DNA from: Eledone cirrhosa
Taxonomy: Eukaryota
Direction of reading: 5' to 3'
Assembly: GCA_964016885.1 (NCBI GenBank)
Contig: OZ024741.1
Span: 226,734,001 to 226,798,000 of the forward strand
DNA length: 64,000 nucleotides
A program made the position numbers and the translations under genes. Positions 51,101-64,000 of the stretch are shown here, piece by piece (the first letter of the stretch is position 1; each line of letters starts with the position of its first letter). Below the pieces are notes generated by a model. That model was not told the origin of the DNA. It searched no databases and was given only the letters and a program-made list of their open reading frames with translations.

Positions 51101-53885
51101 CTGAAAAGGGCAATTAAAGTACAGTCGATTAGGTTTAGCAAAGGACTAGTGATAGAGGAAAATAGAGTAGAGGGAGAGCTAGTCAGAAAGCTAGAAGAGG
51201 CGTTTAGGACAGGCATCGCAACCGACGTGCTTGCGGCGAGATTGGCACTCGACCAATTCTTCAACGCAAAACACGAAGGCTGCGTTGTCAGAGCTAGAGC
51301 GCGTGCTCTGAAACAGGAGTGGAAAAAGCCGTCCAACGGGCCTGGGAGGCAGAGGCGCGACGTGGCAACAAAGCCACAATTCGGTCTTTGTCTGACCAAA
51401 ACGGGTGCGTGTTGCTCGAACCCGAGCAGATGTGTGAGGCTTTTCAGCAGCACTTTGCTGAACTGTTCGGGAGCAGCCGCGGGCCGGATCGGGGTATGGA
51501 TTTCAGTGCATACCTCGACGGACTGCCTCGGCTATTGACGACCGCAGCACACTGTTGAGAAAAGCCAATAGCAGCCGGTGAAATACGGGAAGCGATGGCT
51601 AACAGCACGAGGGGTAAACCCCCAGGTTTGGATGGTCAGCCCTACGAGCTTTAGGCATTTATGCCAGCCAGACTTGTTCGGTAACCTCTTGGCAGACATC
51701 TACTGCAACTGGCAGCAGAACGGGAGCATTCAGGCCCATAACTCTGGCCCATAACTCAGGCCCATAACTTCAGGCCCATAACTCTGCTGAACGCAGAGTT
51801 CAAGATTTTGGTCAAGGTGTTAGCAACGAGGTTGGGGCTTGTCGTCGGGAGTCTGGTGGGAGAGGCGCAGACATGCGCCATTCCGGACTGTTCCATACAT
51901 CGTAGAGAGGGTGGTTAAGGAACCAATCCAAAGCATTCGATAGGGTCGACCATCGGTACCTGGCGGCGGTCCTCGAGGCAGCCGGTTTCAGGCCCGTTTT
52001 CATGGGTTGGATCGCTGCGATGTACAGCGACATCTGTTCAGTTGTGAGGGTGAACGGTCACCTGTCGCTGCCGTTCAGCATCATGTGCTCGGTCCGCCAG
52101 GGTTGTCCCCTCTCGTTCCCCTTGTACGTATTGGCTCTTGAGCCGTTACTGCACAAACTGGGGCGATGAGGGGCGTCCCACGTGAACTAGGATGCGGGAA
52201 ATCCGAGTCGGTTTACGCCGACGACGTCACCGTGGTGGTGTCGAGCACCAGAAACGTACAGATGCTAGGCACCGCTCTCAAGGAATACGAAGCGGTGACA
52301 GGAGCAAAGATAAACCAGGAAAAGTCAGTGGGCTTGCAGCTCAGCACCTGGAGAGGCAAGTCCATGCCGTCCGACAGGGTCGTGGGGCGTTGGACGGACG
52401 GACCGGTTAAATTGCTCGGGGTCTGGTTCGGACCGGATCTCAAGATGGAGAAAAACTGGAGCGAGGTGACGAGCAAGATGGCCTCCCTCACCCAGAAATG
52501 GGCCGAGAGGAAGCTGTCCCTGAAAGGCCAGGCGGAGGTGGCGAATGCGTACATCGTATCCGTCATCTGCTACCGCCTCACCGTCGTCCCTTGCCCAGGC
52601 CCAACTCTCACCAAAATGGAGCGCCTTCTCCTCTGCTGTTTTTGGAAGGGACGCGCTCCCATGGTCAGACGATCCATCTGCTGTCAACACCCGTTGCGTG
52701 GAGGACTGGGCATGCCATGGCTGATGATGCGCAACCATGCGCTGAGGCTGCGAGATCTCTGGTGCATCCTTGACGGTGAACAGGTGTGGTTGCCGTTCGC
52801 CAGGCACGTTTTCCCACAGCTCGTCTCCTTGACGGAGCTGCAGTCCTGGGTCAGGAAAAGACCGAGGGATGGCGCTTGGAAACTGGAATGTCTCCAGGCG
52901 CTCACCGCCCTCTGCCAGCTGGGCACCAGTATCGGTGGAACATCCACCTCGGCGTTCTATAGAGGACTAGTGGAGGGGTAGAGCGACGACGTTATCGGAG
53001 AGATCCTGGGCGTCGAAGAAGATCAACTCTTTGCTCTCTTCCGGAGAACTTTCAACCCAGGGCCTATGGATAACTTCCAAAAATCCCTGGCTTGGCTGTG
53101 CTATCGAGGAGCGTTGGCAGTTCGAGATAAGCTCTACAGGCACGGAAGTGCCGTCACCCGAGCCTTTCCGAGATGTGCACAGAGCGACGAAACCGTCGTG
53201 CACGCACTCGTTCAGTGCCCGAGCATTACTGACTTGTGGAGCTATGTCGAACAGTTGCTGTCACGTGTAGGACTGATCCGGTTATCAACTGAGTCCATTG
53301 TGCAGATGGTCTCGCCGTCTTCCTTCGAGGGGGTAGGGCTTGCGGTTTTCATCTGCCTGGTGGCCATGGCGAAAGAGATTGTGTGGTGGACAAGGTTGAA
53401 AGTGTTAAAGACAGACATTTTCCTCTTCGTCGAATCCCTAATTAACTTTTTCAAGTTTCACCTGAAGAGGAAAATCAGGGTGGAGAGGCAAGTGCTGCCT
53501 TCTAGCAAGTTTGTTGGAAGGTGGGTGAATGTAGCGAGAATGGTCCGAGTGAACGGAACCGCTCTGAACGGCCTGTAGTTTGAGAAATGGAAACATTTGA
53601 GAGAACGCGCTTGCCCTGGTGGTCAGGGTGGCCGTGGTATATTCTGTGGTTTTCGCCACGAGTAACGCTCGGAGGTTTCCCCCCTATTGGGGAATTTTTC
53701 ATTGTTTCAATTTTCATTTTTATTGTTTATATATATATGTTTCTATGTCCTTTTTCTTTTTCTTTTCTTATATAAATAATAAAAATCTTTACACGCACAA
53801 AACCCACATCGTGCCGTCCTGTACCGTCCTGTGCCGTCTGTAATCTTTTTCTTGATGTCAGCCCTTGTGGCCAATAAAGAAATAA
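48165..53885 (+). mobile_element. Near full-length Tx1-type LINE, decayed
   Basis: ORF1 with knuckle CYPCG*KGHLRAFC (in-frame stop at 49369-49371); ORF2 50281-53578 with APE, RT (YADDVTV) and zf-RVT; 3' CTTGTGGCCAATAAAG; 5' boundary approximate. Confidence 0.92.
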
Positions 53886-53895
53886 TTATTGTTCT

Positions 53896-56689
53896 TTGAG
53901 TCTCAGTCATTAATGTTATTTAACTGGAAAGTTTGTTGAAATGAATATCAAGCCACTTCCTGCAGCCTCAGATATTCAGGACGTATCGGAGGGTTCTTGC
54001 TGTTCCCAGCAAGCATGCCCGTTGAAGCGTTCCAAAAATCGGGCGAGACCAATTTTCTTTAACCATCCCTGGAAACTTTTTGAGATAGTACCTAGTGCGC
54101 CTATGCCAATCGGGAGCACTTTGACTACATAACAGTTCCAAATCCTTTTTACCTTCCACTTTAAGTCCTGGTATCGGTTAATTTTCTCCCTCTCCTTCTC
54201 TTGCAATCTCGTGTCGAATGGGCAGGCCACATTCACAATCAGGCACGATGTTTTTTCCTTGATCAAAACCACCAGATCAGGCCTATTGTGTTCCAGTTTC
54301 TTGTCCGTCTGTATCCTAAAATCCCAAAGCACCTTCAGCTGATCGTTTTCTATCACCGACTCTGGCTTATACTCATACCACTTCTCAGAATGTGGTAAAT
54401 TGTTTACTTAGCATAGGTGCCAGTGGATCATCCTGCCCATCACATCATGTCTCCAGCCTTTATAGTGAGTCTGGGCTAGGTGTTTACACTCGGATACAAT
54501 GTGAGCCACAGTCTCCTATCTCTCTCCACAGATCCTGCACAGTGAGCTAACCTCCTCCTTGTAAATATGGTGTTTCAGTCACTTCGTTTTGAGGGCCTGC
54601 TCTTGAGCAGCTATTAGTATTCTTTCTGTAGCCTTTTTAAGGTCTCCTCTTTTCAACCAGTTCCATGTCTGTGAATCTCTGAATTCACTTTTCTCAAAGA
54701 AGGTACTATGAAGGGATTTTTCATGAAGGCTGCTCTTTCTTCTTGTTATTTCCTCCTTGGACATCCCCTGGTCTATTGTCCTCTCCTTCAGTACAGTTCT
54801 GAGCATTGGCTCCTTACTATCAGTCACGTATTTGTGTAGGTTGTTTTTCTCCATCTGAACACAGTCCTCTATGCTGATAAGACCTCTTCCACCTTCAGAT
54901 CTCCTTAAGTAGAGTCTATCGACATCACTCCTCTTGTGGAACATGTTGTAGATAGTCAATAGCTTCCTAGTCTTCCTATCCATTTCTTTTTGTTCAGCAA
55001 CATTCCATCTCAGAATTCCCGCACTGTACCTGATAAGAGACACAGCTCGGAAATTTACTGCACTTATGGCATTCCTACTGTTCAGATGTGACTTTAATAC
55101 GTTACTTACTCTCGAATGTATTCAGATCTTATCAATTCCTTCATTTTTTGTTCTTGATGTCATCAGCCTCCAGAACACCCAAATACTTGTATCCTTCTTC
55201 AGTGTCAATTTCCTTTATCATTTCACCTGTTGGTAGCTGTATTCCGTTGCTTCTGCTCAGTTTACCCCTCTTCATCACAAGGACTCCACACTTACTAATA
55301 CCAAATTGCATACATATATCATTGCTGAAAATACGGACAGTGTCAACAGGCACATCCAACTCCTTCTCACTCTTCTCGAAGAGGAGGTGATTGATGGTAA
55401 GCTCTCCCTTTCCCAATGTGTATCCTGCTCTCACTTTTCGCAGTATAATGGTCAGGGGCATCAGGGCAAGGAAAAACAACAGAGGGGACAGACTATCTCC
55501 CTGGAAGATACCTGTCTTGATCTTCACGCCTCCCAAGGATTCTCCACCCGATGTTAACTCTGTTTTTCAGGACTTCATACTTTTGCTCAACAACTGTCTG
55601 ATGTTATCCGCCACCTTGAAGATATCTAGGCTTTTGGTTATCCAAGTATGAGGTACCATGTCGAATGCCTATTTGTAGTCTATCCATCCCATGGCAAGTC
55701 CAGTGTGTCTCATGTCTCCTCTTGCATTTCCTCATTACCATCTTATCAATAAGTAACTGTTCGTTTGTACCACGGGACTTCTTTCGGCATCCTTTCTGTT
55801 CGTCCGGTAACAAGTTGTTTGTGTGTAGGTGATGGTAAATTTCCTCAGACACAATGCTTGTCAACAGTTTCCACATTACGGACAGACATGTGATAGGTCT
55901 ATAGTTGTTAACATCATTACCCTCGATTCGGTCTTTCATTACCAGAACTGTGGTACCTTTTGTCAACCACTCTGGTACCTCACCTGACATCAAGCATTAA
56001 TTGAACATGGTTGTCAGTTTCGCGTGGAGGGATGTTATATTTTTAATCCAATACCCCTGCACACCATCTGGGCCTGGTGATTTCCAGTTGGTTAGTTTTT
56101 TGGCCTGCTCCGTGAGAGTTTCAACTGTGATACTCAAATCAGTTTGTTGGTGTGCCTGTTCACTAATCTCCTTTTGTACTGTCTCAATCCAAACTGCCTG
56201 GTCATTATTTTTAACATCCTGCTCCCATATTCCTCTCCAGAATGTTTTAGTTTGTTCCGCCTCAGGGATCAAGTCGTTGCCTCTTTCTTTCCCTTCAAGC
56301 TGTCCAAACAGCATCTTCTGGTTGTTGTCGAACATGCGGTTCTGTCTATACTGACTGACTGTGCTCTCGTATCGCCTAATTTTTGCACTCTTTGCTACAA
56401 TGCGTTGCTTCAGTTCCTCTATGATAATATTTAGCTTTTTCCTCCTAGTTCTGTACTTTATTTACAGTCTATTTTTAGTGTCTATGTTTTTTAGTGTCCC
56501 ATTCAGTAGGGACTCAAGCTTTCCAATGTCATTTCTCATTTCCCTGATTTGACCATTCAGTCGTTTCTTCCACCAAGGCTCTGATCTTTCTTGTCTGTTG
56601 TTTCCTCTCGCTTTTATACCAAGTAATTTCCTCACCGCATTTGCTGTTGCTTTGAGGATATTGTTGCACTGGTGAAGGCTCCTCGCCTC

Positions 56690-56690
<1 letters not shown>
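53896..56690 (-). mobile_element. Dong/R4-like RLE non-LTR retrotransposon, 5'-truncated and decayed
   Basis: KSPGPDG, NYRPITCL, GIFQGDSLSPLLF, YKYLG, GGRGL, RLE motif WDFRIQTD..HNRPDLVV; 5' end abuts (ATT)n 56691-56749. Confidence 0.9.
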
Positions 56691-56750
<60 letters not shown>

Positions 56751-56799
56751 GTTGGCCGGGCAAATATATACTCCAAATTAAGAGAAAGAGAGAACATAC

Positions 56800-59700
56800 A
56801 TATACAGTCAACGCGATCAGTCGCAAATTTTGGCGTGGGAGACTATTTATTAAATTTAAGATGAATACTATATCCGACAGTAATGCCACAACTACAGTCA
56901 TGTTGAATAACTGGTTATTCTTCTAACTATATCTTCTGAAGACACCTTTTATTCGAATTCGTAGAGATATCCGACTAAATACATAACTCATTTTACAAGG
57001 ATTTGCATCAAACAGCATGGCTGAACACAACTTCAACAACAAAATTAAGGAAGTATCAAAGACAACCAACAAGAAAGGTAAATAAAATTCATTCAGGTTG
57101 TAGCTACAGAAGAAACTGAAATTATAAATCTCATTTCTCTTGGGGTTGCGAACTTAATAATGATTTATTTAATTGTTATAAAATGGCAAAAAACAGTCCC
57201 TCCGTTGACTATATGAACAGAATAAAGCTACACTGGGACGAAATGCACCCAGAGCTAAATTATTTCACAGCGAAACAATTACGCCAACAAGCGACGTTTG
57301 TTGAACGTAAAAATAAGATAAATATTATTAATTGTAAGTCCCCCACAACAAACATGTTATCAACAACACGTGCTACAGGTCGCTATGCTACTAGACTTCC
57401 TAGCAGCCAAGTCGAACAGCGCCTTGAAACAACTATGCCTGTAAGAAACTTGACACCACCTGTACCATATAAGTCTACCTCAAAGGCTGGGGAAAACACT
57501 CTCGATAATAATAATAATCGAAGAAATAATAATAATCGAAGAAATTTGACAGCACGTGTACCATCCGAGTCTACCTCGACTGTCGTGGAAAATACTATCG
57601 ATAATGATAATAATTGTTTCTTTATTTTATCGACCCCGTAAGGATGAAAGGCAAAGTTAACCTCGGCGGGATTTGAACTCAGATCGTATAGGGACGTAAT
57701 TCTTTGCGTCAAAGCATGGCGTCCGACCCTCTACTGATACTGCCAATCCAGTGCCCTTAATAATCATAATAATCAAATAATCATAATAATGATAATAATC
57801 AAAAGTATAAACAATTGAAAATTTCCCTCAACGAAATCTTCCAGAGAGAAATTAATTCATGTATAAACATTTCTCTTGCTGAACATAAAAAACTAAATAA
57901 TGAAATATTACGTGTTATTGACGAAATAGGGGATGAATATTTACGACGGATAAAAACCACAACATTTTGGCAAATCAACGCATGTTTATATGCCTTAGCA
58001 ACGATAGTGAAGCATTATCTTGGTGATGGCAGAGATATTAACAAGAACAAAACACCATCAAAATTACCATCATATATAACTAAAATAGAAAAAAAAGATT
58101 GCTGACCTACGAAAAACCATAGGATATGTGACAATGCTCCTTACATGCAAACAAACACAAAAAAACCTCACTCCTCACCAACAAAGAGTGAAAAATAAAA
58201 TAGAGACGATGTTTGGTAACAGTAGAACCAGAACTCTTCAATATAAGCTTATCACCCTCAAACAAGAATTGAGAGCTGTTAGCGAAAAACGCCGATACCT
58301 GAAAAAGGTAGATGAGAGAAAAGTGCTTAATAAAAGATTCAGACGAAACCAAACATCAGTCTATAGAGATATGAAGAACAAAATAATCCCAAATAGACAT
58401 AGATTCCTTTTGAAGCAAAATATGGGGTGAAAAGAAGAATTTCAACCAAGATGCAGTGTAGCTAAGAGAAATCCGAAAGAACTATTGCTCCTACACTACA
58501 ACAAAAACATACGAAATAAGTTAAGGTACCCTTGAGATTGTGATAGGAAAACTCCAAGATAAGAAAACACCAGGAAGAGACATGATTGTCGGCTACTGGT
58601 ACAAAAACTGATATTCTATCGGAGGTATCTTACTGACCTCTACCAACAAGTTATTAAGAGAGATACACTTATTCCAGATTGGTTGACATTAGCACAAACA
58701 TTACTGGTCCCCAAGAACAAAGAAACCCACTTGGCAAAAAACTACCGACCCATTGCATGCCAGAACCTGATGTATAAGATGTATACAGCCTGCCTGAACC
58801 TATTCCTCCAACATCACTGTGAAAATAATAACATCATCACAGATGAACAAGCATCTGGAAAGAAAGGGGTTTGGGGATGTGCTGAACAACTCCTAATCAA
58901 CTGCGATGTCGGAGGTGCGACAACATAGGAGGAATATGGCTACAGTTTGGTTGCACTACAGGAAAGCTTTCGATTCTGTTCCCCACTCTTGGATGATAGA
59001 GGCCCTCCAACTTGCTAAAGTCCCAGACATTATTGTCAGAGCCATAGAGAGGCTGTCTTCTTCTTGGGCTTCTATCCTAAGGTTAAAGACAGAGAGGGAG
59101 GACTCTAGTTTCACTGATAAAATAAAATAATGCAGGGGTATATTTCAGGGAGACAGTCTCACTGTGATATTATTCATCTTGTCATTAAATCCCTTGTCCT
59201 TTCTGCTCAAGAAATGTGAGAGATACATCATTGGCTCACAGGAGGAAAGAAATACGAACCTAACCCATAATTTCTTTGTGGACGATCTGAAACTCTATGC
59301 CAAGAACATGGATGGGATGAAGAAAAGTCTTGACCTGGTTACAACGTTCTCAAAGGATATAGGAATGGAGTTTGACCAAGATAAATGCTCATACAAAGTG
59401 GGGAAAAACAACAACCCAATCTAGCAACATTGTCATCGATGGCCTAACTGTTTCACCGATATCTGATGAGGACTGCTACAGATACCTGGGGATAGATGAG
59501 AACATATCCTGTAATGGTATCTGTAATAAAGAACGCGTAACCAGGGAATACTACACCCGATTAAGAAAGATCTGGTCATCGGAACTCTCTGCGCAAAGCA
59601 AAACAGTGGCTCACAATGTGTTTGCTGTGCCTGTCCTAACACCAACGTTTGGAATACTCAATTGGACGATAGACGAAATCCGAGCAGTTGAAGCTGGAAC

Positions 59701-61072
59701 TCAAAAAATACTAAACAACACCGGAAACTGCCACATCAACAGTGACATAGACCGCCTTTACTTGAAACGTAAGCAGGGAGGCAGAGGCCTAACATCAGTC
59801 CAGACAACATTTGAATGTCGCATCATATCTCTCCGACAGTATCTACGAACCTCGAAGCGTAGGAGCCCGTTTCTCGAGCAAGTCTATCTACATGAATCAG
59901 ATAAGATCATGAGAGTTGGGACGGAACTCCTTGAAAGATACTCCCTGCATGATAATGAAAAACATCCAGGGAAATTGCCCAGCAATACCGCAGTGAATCC
60001 ATGGATGAAAAACTGCATGCTTATCAGTAAAATATCATGCATGGATATGTTGCCAGGAAGCTCCAGAGTGAGAGTAATATAGATAAGGAAAGTAGTCTAT
60101 CTTGGACCAACAACCGCTATATTGGTTCCCACTTTGAAGGATACGCTTTTGAAATCCAAGAACGGGAGATTAACACGAAATACCTGATTCACAAAAGATG
60201 TGATAACAAGTGCATAACACCTAGATGTGATAACAAGTGCAGACTCTGCAGAACTAACGTCGAGGATATCACCCATGTCATCAGCAGCTGTCCAAAGATA
60301 TCATTGCGGTACAATCTACCTATGAGGCATGATGTAGTGGCCAAAACACGGTACAATGCAGTTCGTAAAAAAGATAGTCCCGATAATAAACACATTAAAA
60401 GCTACAGCAATGTGGAAAACATCCATGTACATAATATGATAGAGTACTGGTGGAATGTTCCAGTAAAAACCCCAATAAAATGCAGGCATAACAGACCAGA
60501 TATTATGATATGGGACAGGGAGAAGAAAGCATGCACAGTAGTGGAAATTAGCTGCCCAGCATATGCCAATATAATATCAAAGATTAGCGAAAAGGAGAAT
60601 ATTTATGCAGAACTGATGAGAAATCTGCAGATACTCCACCCTGATTACACCTTCAGATTTATGCCTGTGATTATTGGGGCACTGGGGTATGTTAGTAACT
60701 GCCTCACTACAAATCTTGAGAAGCTAGGCTTCACAGGAACAGAGAGAACACAACTAGTTAGGAAATTACAAGTACAATCCATTAATGGAACAGTAAAAAT
60801 ATGTAAAACATTCCAAAAATGTTGCATCTAATAACTGCATATACACATGTACAGATACAAAGCATATACACATGCACAACTCAAAACATACAACTCAAAA
60901 CATACACATCCACACATACAATAACATCCATATCTACACATGCATGCATACATACCTACCTAGTTGATGTGGTGTAAATTCCAATGAGAGAGTCTTGTGT
61001 CTATGTTAGAAACCGACTCTCTCTCTATTGGGAAAAAATTTGTGAAATTATAAAACCAGAAGAACACACATA
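56800..61072 (+). mobile_element. Second RLE-type non-LTR retrotransposon (R4/HERO-like), near full-length and decayed
   Basis: NYRPIACQN, YRKAFDSVPH, IFQGDSL, FFVDDLKLYA, YRYLG, CRLC..EDITHVISSC, RHD, HNRPDIMI..VEISCP; ends in (ATAC)n. Confidence 0.9.
57613..57757 (-). mobile_element. SINE nested in the RLE element
   Basis: Family core and A/B boxes. Confidence 0.85.
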
Positions 61073-61078
61073 CATACA

Positions 61079-61112
<34 letters not shown>

Positions 61113-61161
61113 CATACATACATACATACATACGCACATACATACATACGTACGTACATAC

Positions 61162-61761
61162 ATGGTGGCTGCCAACTCGTTTTCGAGTACGGCCACTACT
61201 TTATATCGGTAGGAGAACCCCTACCGATGCGCTGAACAAGTGTGACTTTTTAGTCCAGTCAGCGACTTGAAAACTCTGGTACAAACACTACACTTGTGAC
61301 AATTATTCACACATAGTGCTGGACCCATGGTATCATGTGATGACAAGTGCAGAGAGATCTCCAGATATAAAGCAATGCCTGTGCCGTGAAGCTTTTATAG
61401 TGAGCAAAGGCACTGCACAAAGCCAGTCCCACTCTCTTAACCAAGATGATATTTACCAAAATGAAGAACAAGTCAACATCATTGGATACCATCAGGGTTG
61501 CAGGTGTTATATCAGAGTTTTCCTTCTCCTAGAATTCTGCCTTGACAAAGGCTAAGGGGTCATCTCTCCCGGTGATTTTAGATGGCCATTGACTCTTAAG
61601 AGCTCCTTTACCCTTTGACAGGTTTTGTTTTTAGTCCTGCAGGATGTCCAAAGTCACCCTCCTCACCAAGAAACCTTGGTGGGGTTGCCAGTTTAGTCGC
61701 CAACGACCTGACCATGAGACAGGTTGTACTGGGATACATGTTACCAGTAGCACCAACTGGT
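61162..61761 (-). mobile_element. ~600-bp non-autonomous RTE-related retroposon, copy 2
   Basis: Reverse complement of 24573-25173; inside (ATAC)n. Confidence 0.8.
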
Positions 61762-61909
61762 AACGTACATACATACATACATACATACATACATACATAC
61801 ATACATACATACATACATACATACATACATACATGCGTGATGGCTGCCCCCTCGTTATCGAGTATGGCCATTGCATGTATACCATTATTATTAATAATTA
61901 ATTAATTCT

Positions 61910-62118
61910 ATCGTGCAATGCCTGTGCGTGAAGATATTTTTTAAAGTGACGAAAGACTGTGCACTGAGCCAATCCCACTCTCTGAGCAACAGTAGCTATA
62001 ACCCGAAAAGAAGAAAAGAACAACATCATCTGTAACTACTGAGCCGCAGGTTTTATGTCGGAGTTATCCCAGTTTCCTGAGTTGCCTTCTCCTAGAAGAA
62101 TGCCCTGACAAAGGCTAT
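61910..62118 (-). mobile_element. Diverged RTE 5'-region fragment
   Basis: Similar to 24780-24960 and 25700-25860. Confidence 0.55.
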
Positions 62119-62867
62119 ACATACATACATATATACGTAAATACATACATGCATACATACATTCATACATGCATATATACATCATGTGTACTGGCTTCTT
62201 CGGCTTGATAATAACACCAATGAATCATTCAAGAACTTTGACCCCTGGCCTAAATGCATACAGCACAGTAAACCGAATTAAGGGATCCTAACGGCTAGGT
62301 GGCTGTGTTAAACCAAGTGACGAATAAGTCTACTACTCGAAAACTGGAATGGGTACCATTGACAGTTTTCTACACAATGTCCCCCTTATTAAATTTTACT
62401 TACAAGGTTTGGGTCGATTCCCGCCTATGGTAAACCACACTTGTCCGTTGAGTCATTCGGTGGGGTCGAACCTGAAACCATATAACAACTTCAAAATGCT
62501 GCCATTTTAGCTGACAATTTACACCAAATTGGTACAGAAATTATGCAAGGATTAGGCAAAAGTTCTTGACAGAATATAAAAACAAAGCATGAAAACTAAA
62601 CAGTTTTACATTTAAAAAAAAAAAAGATAAGAATTTTCTCAGATTAAGCTACCTTCCAGAAGATTCCTAGTGAAAAAGAAAATTAGAAAAGCATTAACTA
62701 GAATAAAATGTTAGTTGAAAATGCTGAATAAAACGTTGTTTCTGTTAGAAAAGATTAAACAGAATTTTAAAAATAATCAATGAATTTAGTAAGTTGTTCA
62801 AAATTAAAAACAACGAAAATGATAAACGAGAAGACACTCATTTGTGACTTAGTAGCATATATTCTAT

Positions 62868-63242
62868 TGTTGTTGTTGTTTGTAGTGGCGTTGGCGGTGG
62901 TGTTGATGTTGGTATTGTTGTTGGGGGTGATCATATTGGAGGTGGTGGTGGTGGTGGTGGTGATGTGGGTGGTCTTGATGTTGATGTTATGTGTTGGTGA
63001 CGGTGATGATGGTGTTAGTGTTGTTGTTATTGTGTTTTTTTTAAGTAAGGTGGTAGTAGTTGTGGTCGTAGTGGTGGTGGTGGTGGGGATGATAGTAGTA
63101 TTACTGTTGTTACTGTTGCTAATGGTGATGGTGGTGGTAGTTTTGTTGTTGCTGTAGTTTTTGTTGGTGGTAGTGGTGGTGGTGATGATGTTGGTGTTAG
63201 TGGTAGTAGTGGCGTTGCTGCTGCTGTTATTGGTGTTGATGT
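62868..63242. repeat. Degenerate (GTG/TTG/TAG)n low-complexity tract
   Basis: Direct. Confidence 0.85.
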
Positions 63243-63511
63243 AAAATAAAGACACTAGAACTCCTCCAGGAGTTATGGGTTCATACATACATCTATTAGT
63301 ACTTTGTAGTCGTTCGACTTTCTAAAAAGAGAAAACATATTTTCAGTTAAAAAATGACAATAATGAATTGATCATCCAAATACATGTCTAGAAAAATCAC
63401 ATCAGAATATTAAACAATGTCTAAATGGTCGAATATCAAATAACGATTAAAGATATAAAAGTAAATATCTACTCTTCATTTATTCATTATGAAAGCATTT
63501 CTTGCTAGAAA

Positions 63512-63730
63512 AGGTGGCAGATTGGCATGGTAACGAGAGCGTCAGTCATAATTCTTTACGGTGTTTAAGGCGCTTTACGTTAGGAGTTCAAGTCTTGCCG
63601 AACTCAACTTTGACTTTCATCTTTCTGAATTTGATTAGATAAAGTTCCAGTTCAGTACTAAAGTCGAAGTAATCATATTTCCTTTCCCCAAAAAATTACT
63701 GGCCTTGTGCTAATGTTAGAAAGAATTACT
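63512..63730 (+). mobile_element. Old diverged SINE
   Basis: GGTGGCAGATTGGC...GAGTTCAAGTC...ACTTTCATCTTT...GGCCTTGTGC. Confidence 0.65.
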
Positions 63731-64000
63731 TAATGTTAGAAAGAATTACTTAACCCAAAGGAAATTTATTTTATAATGCAGACATATGAGAGCAAGTACA
63801 AGTCAGTTAAGCTCTTGACCGATATTAGGGAAGACGTTATTACATCATCTTTGTGAAGGCTGGGGAAAATAAATAATACAACCGAAGAAATATTTGTTAA
63901 AAACTGTATTTAGCATAGAAAATAAGCAGAATGGAACGATTCTGTTGGCTATCTATAGGTTTATAGATGCTGTTGGCCCTCTCGTTGTTGGTCTTGCCTG

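Noticed and set aside
63780-63860. Candidate exon near the window end
   Set aside because: Acceptor-like sites on both strands but no clear donor or coding support

Overview
Eukaryotic, AT-rich, repeat-dominated DNA. The microsatellite load ((TA)n, (ATAC)n, (GATA)n, (TAA)n) and the tRNA-derived SINE family suggest an octopod cephalopod genome (inference). Most ORF-track entries are microsatellite artefacts. Real content: decayed Tx1/L1-type LINEs, RLE-type (R4/Dong-like) and RTE retrotransposon remnants, one decayed mariner, about 10 SINE copies, many Penelope-like (PLE) termini, and one probable host exon encoding a signal peptide (17089-17178). Main discovery: the ~517-bp tandem array at 4905-13687 carries, on the minus strand of each complete unit, a Type I hammerhead ribozyme motif with a palindromic stem III (16 copies, 5 with intact CUGAUGA/GAAA cores). 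This makes it a retrozyme/satellite-2-like array. More than a dozen further Type I hammerheads from several unrelated families lie elsewhere in the window, often at the centre of fold-back palindromes, and two families show compensatory stem changes. All ribozyme calls come from folding by eye; activity is untested.
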